A DNA stretch of 62,638 nt, counting the filler, from Rhabdomonas costata (taxonomy: Eukaryota): NCBI GenBank assembly GCA_019059605.1. It is 24 parts of 24 records of this genome, joined end to end, with 100 filler letters (N's around TTAATTAATTAA, not from the genome) between each part and the next. Parts side by side here need not be neighbours in the genome. Positions count along the whole stretch, not along the records: positions 36,611 to 39,169 come from JAHMHO010003083.1; positions 39,270 to 41,778 come from JAHMHO010003084.1; positions 41,879 to 44,386 come from JAHMHO010003085.1; positions 44,487 to 46,993 come from JAHMHO010003086.1; positions 47,094 to 49,602 come from JAHMHO010003087.1; 19 more parts are not named here. One strand, written 5' to 3'. How positions within the stretch are numbered: position 1 is the first letter of the stretch; every line of letters starts with the position of its first letter. The translations under genes were made by a program, and so were the position numbers. The notes under the pieces were generated by a model. That model saw nothing but the letters and a program-made list of their open reading frames with translations, did not search any database and had not been told where the DNA came from. Shown here one piece after another: positions 38,535 to 49,163 of this stretch.

Positions 38535-40228
38535 AATACCACTTGGCTGCACCCTTTTGACGCCAGCAGATACATTTCTGTGATACAGTTCCAGTTTTTT
38601 TTGGATGGTGGATCATAATGTTTAATCCGCTCTATATGTCAGTGAGTGATAGACTATCAGGTCACCAATCTTGACTGCCGTTGTGTGATTGTTTTCCAAT
38701 AAATCAATACACACCCAGAGTAAACGCAACCAACATGTAATAATGATCGGTTTGGTCTCTGAGTGAGAAACATCATGCTCAATGTTATTTCAGCTTGCTT
38801 AAAACTCCAGCGTTTCCTTCTTAAGTTTGGGTAAATACTGCACCACCATACCATACTATTCTTTTGTCAACCACCATGGCCTGGCTCATCCAAGGCGCAA
38901 ACCCATCCCCAATTGAAAAAGAAGAGATACAGAGCGGCTTTCTCAACCTTTGCATAATCAAGATAATCAGGAAGTGGATGGCAACTCAGTCCTTCTGGTG
39001 CCAATCCACCCAAAAAGGAAAGTAACCCTGCTACGCTCTCACTCACTCATTAACACAGTCTGACTTTGTTTTTCACTCCACTCCACCCCTTCCTGTTCTC
39101 TCACCTCTCGAGTGTTAGTTCAAAATGCCGTCGGACCACCGGCAGCCCGCTCATGCTCACTCCCACACANNNNNNNNNNNNNNNNNNNNNNNNNNNNNNN
39201 NNNNNNNNNNNNNTTAATTAATTAANNNNNNNNNNNNNNNNNNNNNNNNNNNNNNNNNNNNNNNNNNNNAGCAGCGCGTGTTGGCGTGTGACTGTACCAA
39301 CAGTTGACGAACGACAAGCGCTCAAAGCGATGTTTGTGCGATGGGAGGGAGCGGGGGGGGGGGGGGGGGGGGCAGCGAGCTGAGCTGACGTGATTGGGGT
39401 ATGCCCTCCGAGGCAAACTGGAGCGATAAACTCGGGAGTTGCAGAGTTAAGGGGTCGGGACCATGCAACAGCACCCGAAAAAAAACGCTTGCTGCGCAGA
39501 TGTATGGGGTCAAATGATGCAGGAAATCTCGCACCTCCCAAAGAAAGATAAGAGGAGGATGGGAGATAGTAGCCAAAACTGCTCTTAGTCTTAGCCGCCT
39601 GTGAGGTTGGGACAGGAGGTTAATTGGTGCTCCTGCATCAGCAAAACACAGCATAGAAGGCTTGACCCCAGACCTCGAGTCAAGAGCTTTGCCCTGTAAG
39701 CTAGGGGTCAGCTGCGAACAAGCTAGGCGCACCAGCATACAGCCACCTGATTCTGTCTCCACCCAATTGCCCCCCTCCCAGAGCAACGGTGCATTTCAAA
39801 GAGCCGACATATCCGCTTCATCTTCTCATGCGCTCACGTTCCCCAGCCTACGCAAGGCCATGCGACAGAAGGAGGACAAGGGAAATGCCGGCCATGTACC
39901 GTCGCTCCCTCCCCCCTTCCCCTCTATCCCTCCAACTACAGGGGGCCAAGAGTTATGGCCTTCCACAGCCCTCAAGGTTGGCCAGCGCAAGCAAAGTAAT
40001 GTCAACCGTGCCGCATAGGCTTAAGCTAACCACAAAAACCCCGCACCGATAACCCCACAAAGCAAGAGAGCCAGGGGGCACTCACTTCTAGACATCGCCG
40101 CCCTGCCGCACTGCGGGCGCTGGACGCCTCTGTCCTCTTCGGGAAAAGACAGCCGGAGGTCAGCATACCCGGGGATCACCAGCACACCGGGAAGAGGGCA
40201 GGGGGACGGAGATGTTGGGCAAAAATAC

Positions 40229-40596
40229 CTGCGCGTGGTGGCACTTCGGGTCCGGCACCGACGGGAGGATATCCATCGCAACCGCGAACTCGCTGTTGCA
40301 TACCCCAAAGATCTGCTCCAGCTCCACGGTGTGGGGCTTGGGGGAAACGTACGAAATCCTGCACGCCCAGACGTTTCGCCCCGCCGGGCAAATCGCCGTG
40401 GAGGTGCATGGGAAACATCCCGCCGGGAACTTCGTGTTGATGGCCCCGTAGCAGTTCTCCGGACTCGCGTTGAAGGTCAGGTAGAGGTCGTGGGGGGTTC
40501 CCGGGGCATCGTCGATCACGAACTCCACGGTCTTCTTCACCACCGTCCCCTTCTCAAGGTGCTTGCCCGGGACATACGGCGGCGGGTTTGCGCAGC
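40229..40596 (-). CDS. Exon of an unknown Cys/Pro-rich, possibly extracellular protein
   Basis: A 368-nt exon bounded by AG and GT with strong GC3 bias and about 8 Cys (CANPPPYVPGKHLE..CFPCTSTAICPAG). Confidence 0.6.
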
Positions 40597-41977
40597 CTTT
40601 TTTGTCAGTGGTGGAAATGAGCACCCTCGAAAAACACCAACAGTCCCTCCCCCCTCCCCACCGACACAGTAGCCACCAACACACGCATCCATTTCATCTA
40701 ATCACAGCTGAGATGCTGCCCACTTGGTTGTTTTTCTGCAGCGGAGTTCAGGGATCCGTTGGCGGTAACGGTTACGGATACTGGTAACACAAAAACTTAC
40801 CTGTAATCAGTTTTGTGGTCATTAAGTTAAATTATTGTTATTTAGCTACGGGGATTATTGTTATTTTAATCAAGAAGTCTGGTAAAATGTGTCCGCGCCC
40901 TCGGAATGAATTGACTCACTGCACGGGGATTAGGTAAACTGTGCAGTAATTTACAGGTGAAGGCCGGAGCCACGCGGAGGCCGCAGCGAGCGGTGGGGGG
41001 CAAAAACGCGATATGGGGCCTTTAATTGAGCTTTAAAATGCTCGGTGGGGGAAAATAGTATAACGGGTAAATAGTTCCCAGTGGCATCGGTAACCTTCGA
41101 GAACGGTTAACATTGTAACAGTTTCCATTCCCCCGAGCTTTATGAGCACCCAGCTTGGAGATGATGCCGTGGTGCTGGAGCAATTGGCGGGTGTCCCGAG
41201 GGAAGGGAGAAGAGCGATCTGAAACATGGCAGCGGATAACGAACGGGAGTTTGGCTCTGATCGACACCAAACACAAACAAATCCTGACCCAAACCTAACG
41301 CTATTCCATAATGACCTAAACCCTTTAGAAGCGCACACACACACAGCACAGTGGTTTCCAAAACTTCCTTTATATCCACCCTCAGGCCCCTCCAACAAAC
41401 GTCCTGCTGGCTTACCCTCCCAACTTCCCATGGCAAAGCCGTGGGAGCGAAGAAGTATGATGGCACCTTCCTACATGTAAAGAGATGGAAAAGGAAACTG
41501 CAGAGGCAACCGCAACCGCACAAGCAAACGCGAAGGCGACAAAAACGAAAAGGAGGGAGCGGCCGGGTGAAACAACTTGGCAGTGGAACCGGGCAGCCGG
41601 CGCGGGCCAAGCTGAACAGGCAACATAGCACGGCAAGCGTGGAGGGCATCGACATTCTCACTAAGGGGCAGCGCATCGTTTTTCAAGGGAAAATGAGGGC
41701 TGCAGAGTAAGGGACGGGGGTGAACAGAAAGAGACGCCGAAATTCGGATTGTTCATCTCCAATACAAAATACCGGGTANNNNNNNNNNNNNNNNNNNNNN
41801 NNNNNNNNNNNNNNNNNNNNNNTTAATTAATTAANNNNNNNNNNNNNNNNNNNNNNNNNNNNNNNNNNNNNNNNNNNNGTTGGTTTGGTAGCGAGGAGTT
41901 CTGTGTTGCATACGTTACTATCTGAGGTTGCGTGGGTTTATAGGTAACTTCGTGTCATTCAGAAGGTTTGCTGGGGA

Positions 41978-42268
41978 TTAGACAAGGATAGATGGTTCCT
42001 CGAGAATTGAAAAGTATTGCAAGATGGAAATGCTTAGTGCCAGTGATAGAAGCCCAATACACCAGGTGTCTTGGGCCGCGAAGGAGCGCCCCGGGTAAAG
42101 GTCCACCGAGCCCGTAAGTCGACGGCGAGGGCGCTCGCCGCTCATCGCACATGCTTTGTAGAACGGCTGCAGCACTTTGTGTTCAGGTACCACCACGGTA
42201 GGTGGGGTTGCCGCTTGGTAGGTAGGGTACGTGCAGACGCACGCGGTGGATTCACGAAGCCGGTGCAC
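41978..42268 (-). CDS. Possible terminal exon encoding a C-terminal hydrophobic anchor
   Basis: AG acceptor followed by an open frame ending WCIGLLSLALSISILQYFSIL..*. No homology recognised. Confidence 0.3.
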   Translation of the reverse strand: MHRLRESTACVCTYPTYQAATPPTVVVPEHKVLQPFYKACAMSGERPRRRLTGSVDLYPGRSFAAQDTWCIGLLSLALSISILQYFSILEEPSILV

Positions 42269-42807
42269 CTGCTTAAGAAGATGGGAACAGAGTCGTTCTT
42301 ATGGTGAGTCGAGGCTTGGCTGGTGGTGCGCGAGCGGAGCTGGTGGTGTCGAAAAAACAGTGGCATGGGGCGGGCTTTTGAAGGGAGTGCTGATGTCATG
42401 GATCTATGATGATTTTCTTCATCCAATCACCCTGATCCACGCTGATATGTACGTGTACCCCACATCACTACTGAATATTGGACTGCTGCACCGCTTCTCC
42501 ACTACGGAGAGCGCTGCCTGGCTTAGAGGACGCCGCTCTGCTTGCTCCAATGCAGCAGCTCTTTGTTGACTTGACGATTCGTAGGAGAAACCTTGATTGT
42601 GCTAATTCGTGTTAATTCAACTAGTGTATCTCGGTGTCGTGGGATGTGCATCCTCTGAGTGTGTCCTATGGACTGGCCGTGTCGTAGACCTTCTTTCAGG
42701 TTTTCATCTACTGTTTTTGTCTCCTTCTTTATTTCTTCGTTTGGATCAGTTCCCTACACTCTGCTGTGGATTAGTGAACACTATAATAGAGGGATCCTCT
42801 CTAGGCA

Positions 42808-44230
42808 ATGGACTCGCGGATGAAGAAGGTCCCCCCGCACTCCACCGTGGCAGGGAGCAAGCGCAAGGCCGCGGAGCTGGAGGCCAGTCTGGCCGCAGCG
42901 GAACAGGCGAAGTACCGCGCCAGCCTGGAAGACGCCGACGCGGAGACCATGAAGGCCCTCCGTGAAGAGTCACGGAGAAAGTCTGTCACCTTATTGATTT
43001 GTTGTTTTTATGTTGAATGTTGATTATGTTGTTATTGTGCTAATATTGAATTGTTGTTTAGAATCTGGAATCCTCCACTAAAGGGTCAGAGTGGGCATGC
43101 CAGGCGAAGATGAAGAAAACCTGGGCTCCCTTCCCAGGACCGAAGTATACCGGATCTGTCCCTCTTGCGTGGTTTTGTAACTCTGTGCTAGATTCCGGGT
43201 TGGTTGGCTTTCCATTCCGTGCCTCCCTCTGTTGGCTTCGGTTTGTTTTTGGTGTTCGCCTGAGCTCCCTTTCAGCTGAGCAAAGGGTATGTCGATGTGC
43301 CAGCAGTTGGGCATGGGGTTGTGATGGGCTGTACATCTGTGTCATAGATATTTGGAGAAGCGCGTGGATAAGGTTGTGGACCAGACTCAGAAGCTCTACC
43401 AAGAAGAGCAGAAGGCGTACCCTGCGCACATTCTGACATCCGGAGAGCTGATCGATCGTGAAAGGGACGGACGGGTCCTGGAGCTGGCCAAAGAGTATCA
43501 AAAGCTTTCCGAAGAGAAGGTGCGTAATCCTTAGCTTGCCTTTGGGAAGTTACTTCTGGCTTACCTTGGCCGACTGCTATCCAGAACTGGTGTTGGAGCG
43601 AGGAGCGAAAATGCAGAACTCGTGCAGACTCATTCCGTGGTTTGCTCTGCATTATAAGAACTGTGATCCTGTCAAGGTTGAAAAGCAAGAGCGTTCCCCA
43701 ATTTCGGACGTGATATTCGCCACACCCATTTCCCTGAGTGAGTCCAGTGGGATGTTTATACCCCAGGAGGAGCACTACCACATCCCCGACGCCTACGTTG
43801 ACGAGGTGAAGCAGAGAATCGATCGCAAGAAGAAGGAGAGTGTGCTTTACCAGAGGTACGGCTGTCCCCTTCCTTCTTTGTCCTTAATTTGGAAGGGTTG
43901 TGTGTGTATCCTCACTTCGGCAAGTGACCCTCTTCTTTTTTCACAGCCCCCCCACCTCCAAGCACACACTTTGCTGGGTCCTGTGTCAGTCTGTGAAGCT
44001 TTGGAATTCTTCACACCCACACACTAACAAACTTTCTGTAGACCAGAGTACTTTACACCCCCTCCGCAGACCCAGCGCTCCTCAGTGTGCCTGGTGTTTC
44101 TGAGGTGTGCTTGGTGACTCCTCGGAAATTTCGCAGGTATGGCGACGACAAGCGTGGTGGGGAGCACGGCAAAGATGAGTTCTCCCCCTTGGGGGAGCAG
44201 CGCGTGTGGGAAAGCCAGCGGCTGGAGCAG
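42808..44230 (+). CDS. DHX16: Spliceosomal DEAH helicase DHX16/Prp2/Cdc28, N-terminal region
   Basis: Exons 42808-42980, 43348-43519, 43767-43855 and 44137-44230 give LREESRRKYLEKR..VLELAKEY..YHIPDAY..LYQRY..EQRVWE. Confidence 0.85.
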
Positions 44231-45011
44231 GTCTGCATCCTCCTTTCCTCCCTTTTTGGGATGTTCGAATGCTTTTTTTATCTTCCCTAGGATGCATGTT
44301 TTGCCATTCAATTAAAAAGCGCCGCGCAGTGTCCTGAGTTTTTTGGAAAGTTTTTTTTAAGGACAGTGACTAATTTTGTCTACGACNNNNNNNNNNNNNN
44401 NNNNNNNNNNNNNNNNNNNNNNNNNNNNNNTTAATTAATTAANNNNNNNNNNNNNNNNNNNNNNNNNNNNNNNNNNNNNNNNNNNNTGGGTATGCTCCCG
44501 ATGTGGAGCCATAGGGTGGGCAAGGTGGGGAATGCTTCCTAATTTTCTCGTAACTTGGGATGCTCACACTACTTTTCCGAGTTTGTTTTGCCCAATTTCC
44601 TTTCCGGAGGGAAAAACCACTGGAAAGCCTGATTGTAAATACCCCAGCTAGATAATCGTCAATAAATCGAGCTTTTTGCTTCAACATCACCGAAACTCCT
44701 CTTATCCTCCGGCGGACGAGGGTCACCTTCCAGTAATTTTTTTTTTTGAGATTTCGACCCCAATCGTCAGCGTACCTGCAATTCGCTTCCTTTGTTCTTC
44801 CATTTGTTCTCGAATCCCTCTCACTCGGTGATCCCAATGTTAAGATAAGTCCGGTGATTGACTGGGCACCGATTTGCAACCTCCCAGGGATTTATCGAAA
44901 AGGGTGTGCTCATTGTTTTGCTCGGTACCCGGCGATGCTCACATCCTGCTGCCTATTGTGACCCTGTGTTCAAGTCACGACGGGGGAGGGGGGGGTGCAA
45001 TGATTTATCAG

Positions 45012-46616
45012 AGGAGCCCTCGTGCCAGTTCTCCAAGGCTCTGCTGATCGGAATCAATTACACCAAGCTGGACCGCGAGAACCAGCTCTTCGGGTGAGCG
45101 CTTTGCACCATCGCCACCTTCTCCTGCTCCACCTTCTTCCAGCCTATATGCTGCTCTTGCTACTCTCGCTCGAATCCCAACATACTGCGTACCATCTTAG
45201 TAATTCTTCGAGTTGTCCGTTCTTTTAAATTCAACTAGCGCAAAGTACAGAGGTCGGCAGCTGTGTTGCCAGAGTAAGGGCGTTGGCTCCGACCTCTCGG
45301 GTTGGTTGCAGTTCAATTAGTGACATTCGGTGCCTCGCCAAGTTTCTGGAGGACCAGGGCTGGAGCCACCGCCAGATCGCTCTGATGGACGAGACTCAGA
45401 CTGACCCCGCGCTGCATCCCACCCGCGAGAACATCCTCCGCATGATGGACTGGCTGGTTGCCGACGTGGTGCCCGGAGAGGGTTCGTTGCCCTAGAATTG
45501 CCCCGGCCCTTTTTTTTTTGGAGAGATAGTGAGGACCAATTTTCGCATTGCATGGGAAATCTGTGACTCATGGACAGTTGTGTTTTTTTGTGTTGGTGTA
45601 TGTTTGTGAAATGCATCGCTTATTTGAATTTTGTGTGTGTGGCACCTTTGGATGAATCCCTATGCTGAAAGAACGTATTGAGCAAATCTTTCGCATGAAA
45701 CCAGTATAACCAAACCAGCTTTGTCTAGAAAAACGTTCGCTGTCTTCACTTTGAATATTTGCTTGTTCCCTCATTCGGTCAATTGCTCGCTGATTACTGA
45801 GCTGCGTTTCAGTGCTCTGCGGTGCAGTCACCGTTTCGTCAAAGGGTGGGGGGCTTCGTGTCGGGTTCCACAGCCCTGTTCTTCGGGTTCAGCGGCCACG
45901 GCTCGCAGCTGCAGCGCCAGTCTGAAGAGACCCAAGCCAGGTTTATGGGTGGGGTGGACGCCGACGGGATCGTCGCTGTAGACGAGCAGGTCATCACCGA
46001 TGCTGAGCTGAACAACTTTCTGGTCAGCCAGCTCCCCACGGGCGCACGGCTTACCGCTGTGATTGACATGGCCTACGCCGGAACCATTCTGGACCTCCCC
46101 CACACGGTCCCTGTTTGCATATGTCCTGTACCTCTCTGAATGGGGGAACTCGTTCGAGACAGAAATGTCCTAACAATGTTGTGGTTATCAAGTGGCAGGG
46201 CGATTCGTTCTCCGAAAATCATTCAGGCCCCCAGACTAAACCTGTCCCACGGGTAATCGCGAGAGTCCAAGGTTAACAGTTTTCTCGGTCCATTGTAAAT
46301 GACCGGTCTGGGCTGTTGCCACCACAGCCACATGTTTACCTTGTCCGGCCCTTCCAGAAGTTTCCGTTCTCGTTTTTCCTCATGTATTTTTTCACGATCT
46401 GTTTGCCGCCGATCTTATACTTTTTGCGCCTATGCTTAGCTCGTCCCTGACCAGCGCACTGGCTACTCGGCGGTTGGTGCGCCACTGGACCGCGGCGAGG
46501 TTGTCGTGTTCAGCAGCTACTTCGACCACTACGACGGCCGCAAGTTTGTGGACCCCCACGGTACCCGCTTCGGAGGCGCCTGCATCAACTCCCTGCTCAG
46601 CGCTCTCAGCGAGCTG
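45012..46616 (+). CDS. Metacaspase homologue (peptidase C14B) lacking the catalytic Cys
   Basis: Exons 45012-45093, 45312-45481, 45874-46106 and 46440-46616. Motifs: KALLIGINY, PTRENILRMMDWLV, FSGHG, RLTAVIDMAYAGTILDLP, VVVFS..GGAC. Confidence 0.92.
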
Positions 46617-47172
46617 GTTTGTACTTTTCTTGGTCCTGTGTTGCTCGGGTCACGAGGGGGTTACTGGGTACCACTGGATGGGATGAGAGTGATTCGGAGT
46701 GCGCGGTTGCAGTTGGGTGCGGAGTGAACACTGTAGATGCTGCGGATAGAGGAAACCGGTGCTCTATGTAAGGGAGAGAGGCTGGAAGGGAACACATATG
46801 TGTGTGGAAGTCTAGCCCGAAAGCGAAAAGAGTGAAGTGATAGTGAGTACTTCAGGGGGAACGCAAGTGCCGCGCATTCCCGCGGGATCACGCAGCGAGT
46901 ACTGGACGTGGTCAGAGCATCAATAGTCTTGCTATGGAACAATGCTGCAACCGTTGGTGGACAAGTCACACCGGCATCATTACACCAAAAACCNNNNNNN
47001 NNNNNNNNNNNNNNNNNNNNNNNNNNNNNNNNNNNNNTTAATTAATTAANNNNNNNNNNNNNNNNNNNNNNNNNNNNNNNNNNNNNNNNNNNNGGGTGGT
47101 TTTGTTCATGGTAATGCATATGAGGTCCAGTAAGGAGCACGTGTTCTTTGTGAATCACGTGGCATGGATCAG

Positions 47173-49163
47173 GGGCCTGAAGGCCTTCGTGAAGTACGTG
47201 CCTCGAGATGTGGTCCGAATGATGCTCACTGGGGAGATGAGCAGCGACACGAACGTGATGACCCGCCACATGGTCACAGTGCTGTTTGCGGACATTGAGG
47301 GGTTTAGCAGCCTGTGCGAGCGGATCCAGCCCGACCAATTGATGACGCTGACTCAAGACTACCTGCAGGCCATGTGTGAGGTCATTGTGGACTCCAACGG
47401 GACCCTGGACAAGGCATGTTTTTGTGGTGCACCACTCCTTGGTTTTGCTAACTCGGAAGGAAGGAAGGCGGGGTGGTAGGCAACCCATTTGGAGGCATTC
47501 AGTGCGCTTGAGACTTTTTGAGCTCATTGTTTTGACTTTAGAGAAAAACGTCTGATTTTTATGAGAAAAAGGTGGTCCCTCAATCTGGTGAGCTGCCTAT
47601 ACAAAGTGGGGTCACACCAAACACCCAGGCAGCGCGCGCTGTATGCTCTTTTCATGAAACGTCGGGTCCTCGTTTTCTGCCTATCTTCTTTTCAGTCCTC
47701 TCTGTCCCCCAAAACCAAAATTAGAAATGCTGTGTTGAGCCCGAAGGGCCATCCGTGAACTTTATGAATGATCGAAAAACCTGGGTTACCTGTGCACCCA
47801 CGGCAGTTGGATAACTTGGCAAGCGACGTTTGTTGACCATTTACTGAGTGGAATTAATCGTCTCCATTTCGATTTTAGTGCTCAGAGAGGCTATCCTTCA
47901 TGCGCGTGATGCGCGATGAGCACTGAAATGTTTCGTATTCTTCTTCTTTTTGGCCCCCCCCCTCCCACTGGGCGGTGACTTGCACAACTGAAATGGACCC
48001 TTAAAAATGCGTCGCAGGTTGTCCACCTGAGATTGCATGACTGGTCGTGGTGGCGGAATCACCAGGAAATCTGTGTGAGGGAGTGACCTACATTTTGTCC
48101 TTGAACATCACGTGGAGTTTCCCGACGGTATCAACTGCGACAGCTACCGCTTGCAACCTTAGTTTTTCTGGCTTTGCTGTTTTTCCAGTTCATTGGGGAC
48201 TGCATCATGGCGCTGTGGAACGCCCCGCAGAGGCTCCGGGTCCATGAGCGGGCTGCTGTGGGGGCCTCTCTGGACATGCAGGCTCGGCTGGTGGAGCTCC
48301 ACCGAAGATGGGCTCCCGATGGGATCCCGGCCATCCGGTGAAGCATTTCACTTAAGATCTTTCCGCTTACACCCCCTTCACATCACTCTCACCCATGCCA
48401 AGTGACCAATTGACGTGTTAGCGTTCAGGCGCGGTCACTAGTCTTCCATAAGCGTTGGCATTATTTTTCTCGCCAGCGCATACACGACTTTTCGACACTG
48501 CCAAAACTCCAACTCAGTATACCATGCCTCTCTTTTGCCCCTCCCCCAGGTCCCTGTTCTCCACGCAGAGCAGTGACTTCCACTTCTCTCCTCCTCAGAT
48601 TTCGAGTTGGTGTGAACACAGACGCCGTTCTAGTTGGGAACTTCGGGTGCGAGTACCGCATCAACTACACAGGTACTGCGTTTGCTCCCATCCTTCCGGC
48701 TTCCCCTCCGTTGTTTGCGGGATCGAACACACCGCTACTTTATCTTATCATATCATATCTTATCTTATCTTATCTTATCTTGAACTTTGCCCTTATTTGG
48801 ATTCGCGTATCCTTGGAGCTGTGTAGGTTGTAATTTTCTTCTGGATTTATTTCGAAAAAGCGTCGGGACGAGATGCGGTGTGTGTGGGGCAATGTCACAC
48901 TCGGAAATGCAAGAAAGAAAACCCGGTGAAATAAGACAGTACACATATGCGCATTACAGCGGTGTTTCCAAAACCCAAGCCTCCGCCCCCCATGTATCTG
49001 TACCCAGACTCAAGATCTTTTGGAGGCTGGAGACTCATTCCGATGACCAGCTCTTTCACTTCGAAGGGCACCAGAGCCTTTCTTCTTCTCTGAGCCCGTG
49101 GTTGTTTTCACAGTTCTGGGCGATGGGGTAAATCTCGCCAGCCGCCTGGAAGCTGCCAACAAG
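47173..49163 (+). CDS. Class III adenylate cyclase catalytic domain, partial
   Basis: Exons 47173-47413, 48189-48337, 48599-48672 and 49114-49163 give FVKYVP, VTVLFADIEGF, GTLDK|FIGDCIMALWNAP, VGNFG..RINYTVLGDGVNLASRLE. Confidence 0.95.
48739..48781. repeat. (TATCT/TATCA)n pentanucleotide microsatellite in an intron
   Basis: ttatcttatcatatcatatcttatcttatcttatcttatctt. Confidence 0.9.

Noticed and set aside
40793-40960. U1 snRNA or spliced-leader RNA gene (ACTTACCTG)
   Set aside because: No recognisable U1-70K or U1A loops or convincing Sm site, and no resemblance to the euglenozoan leader sequences I know.
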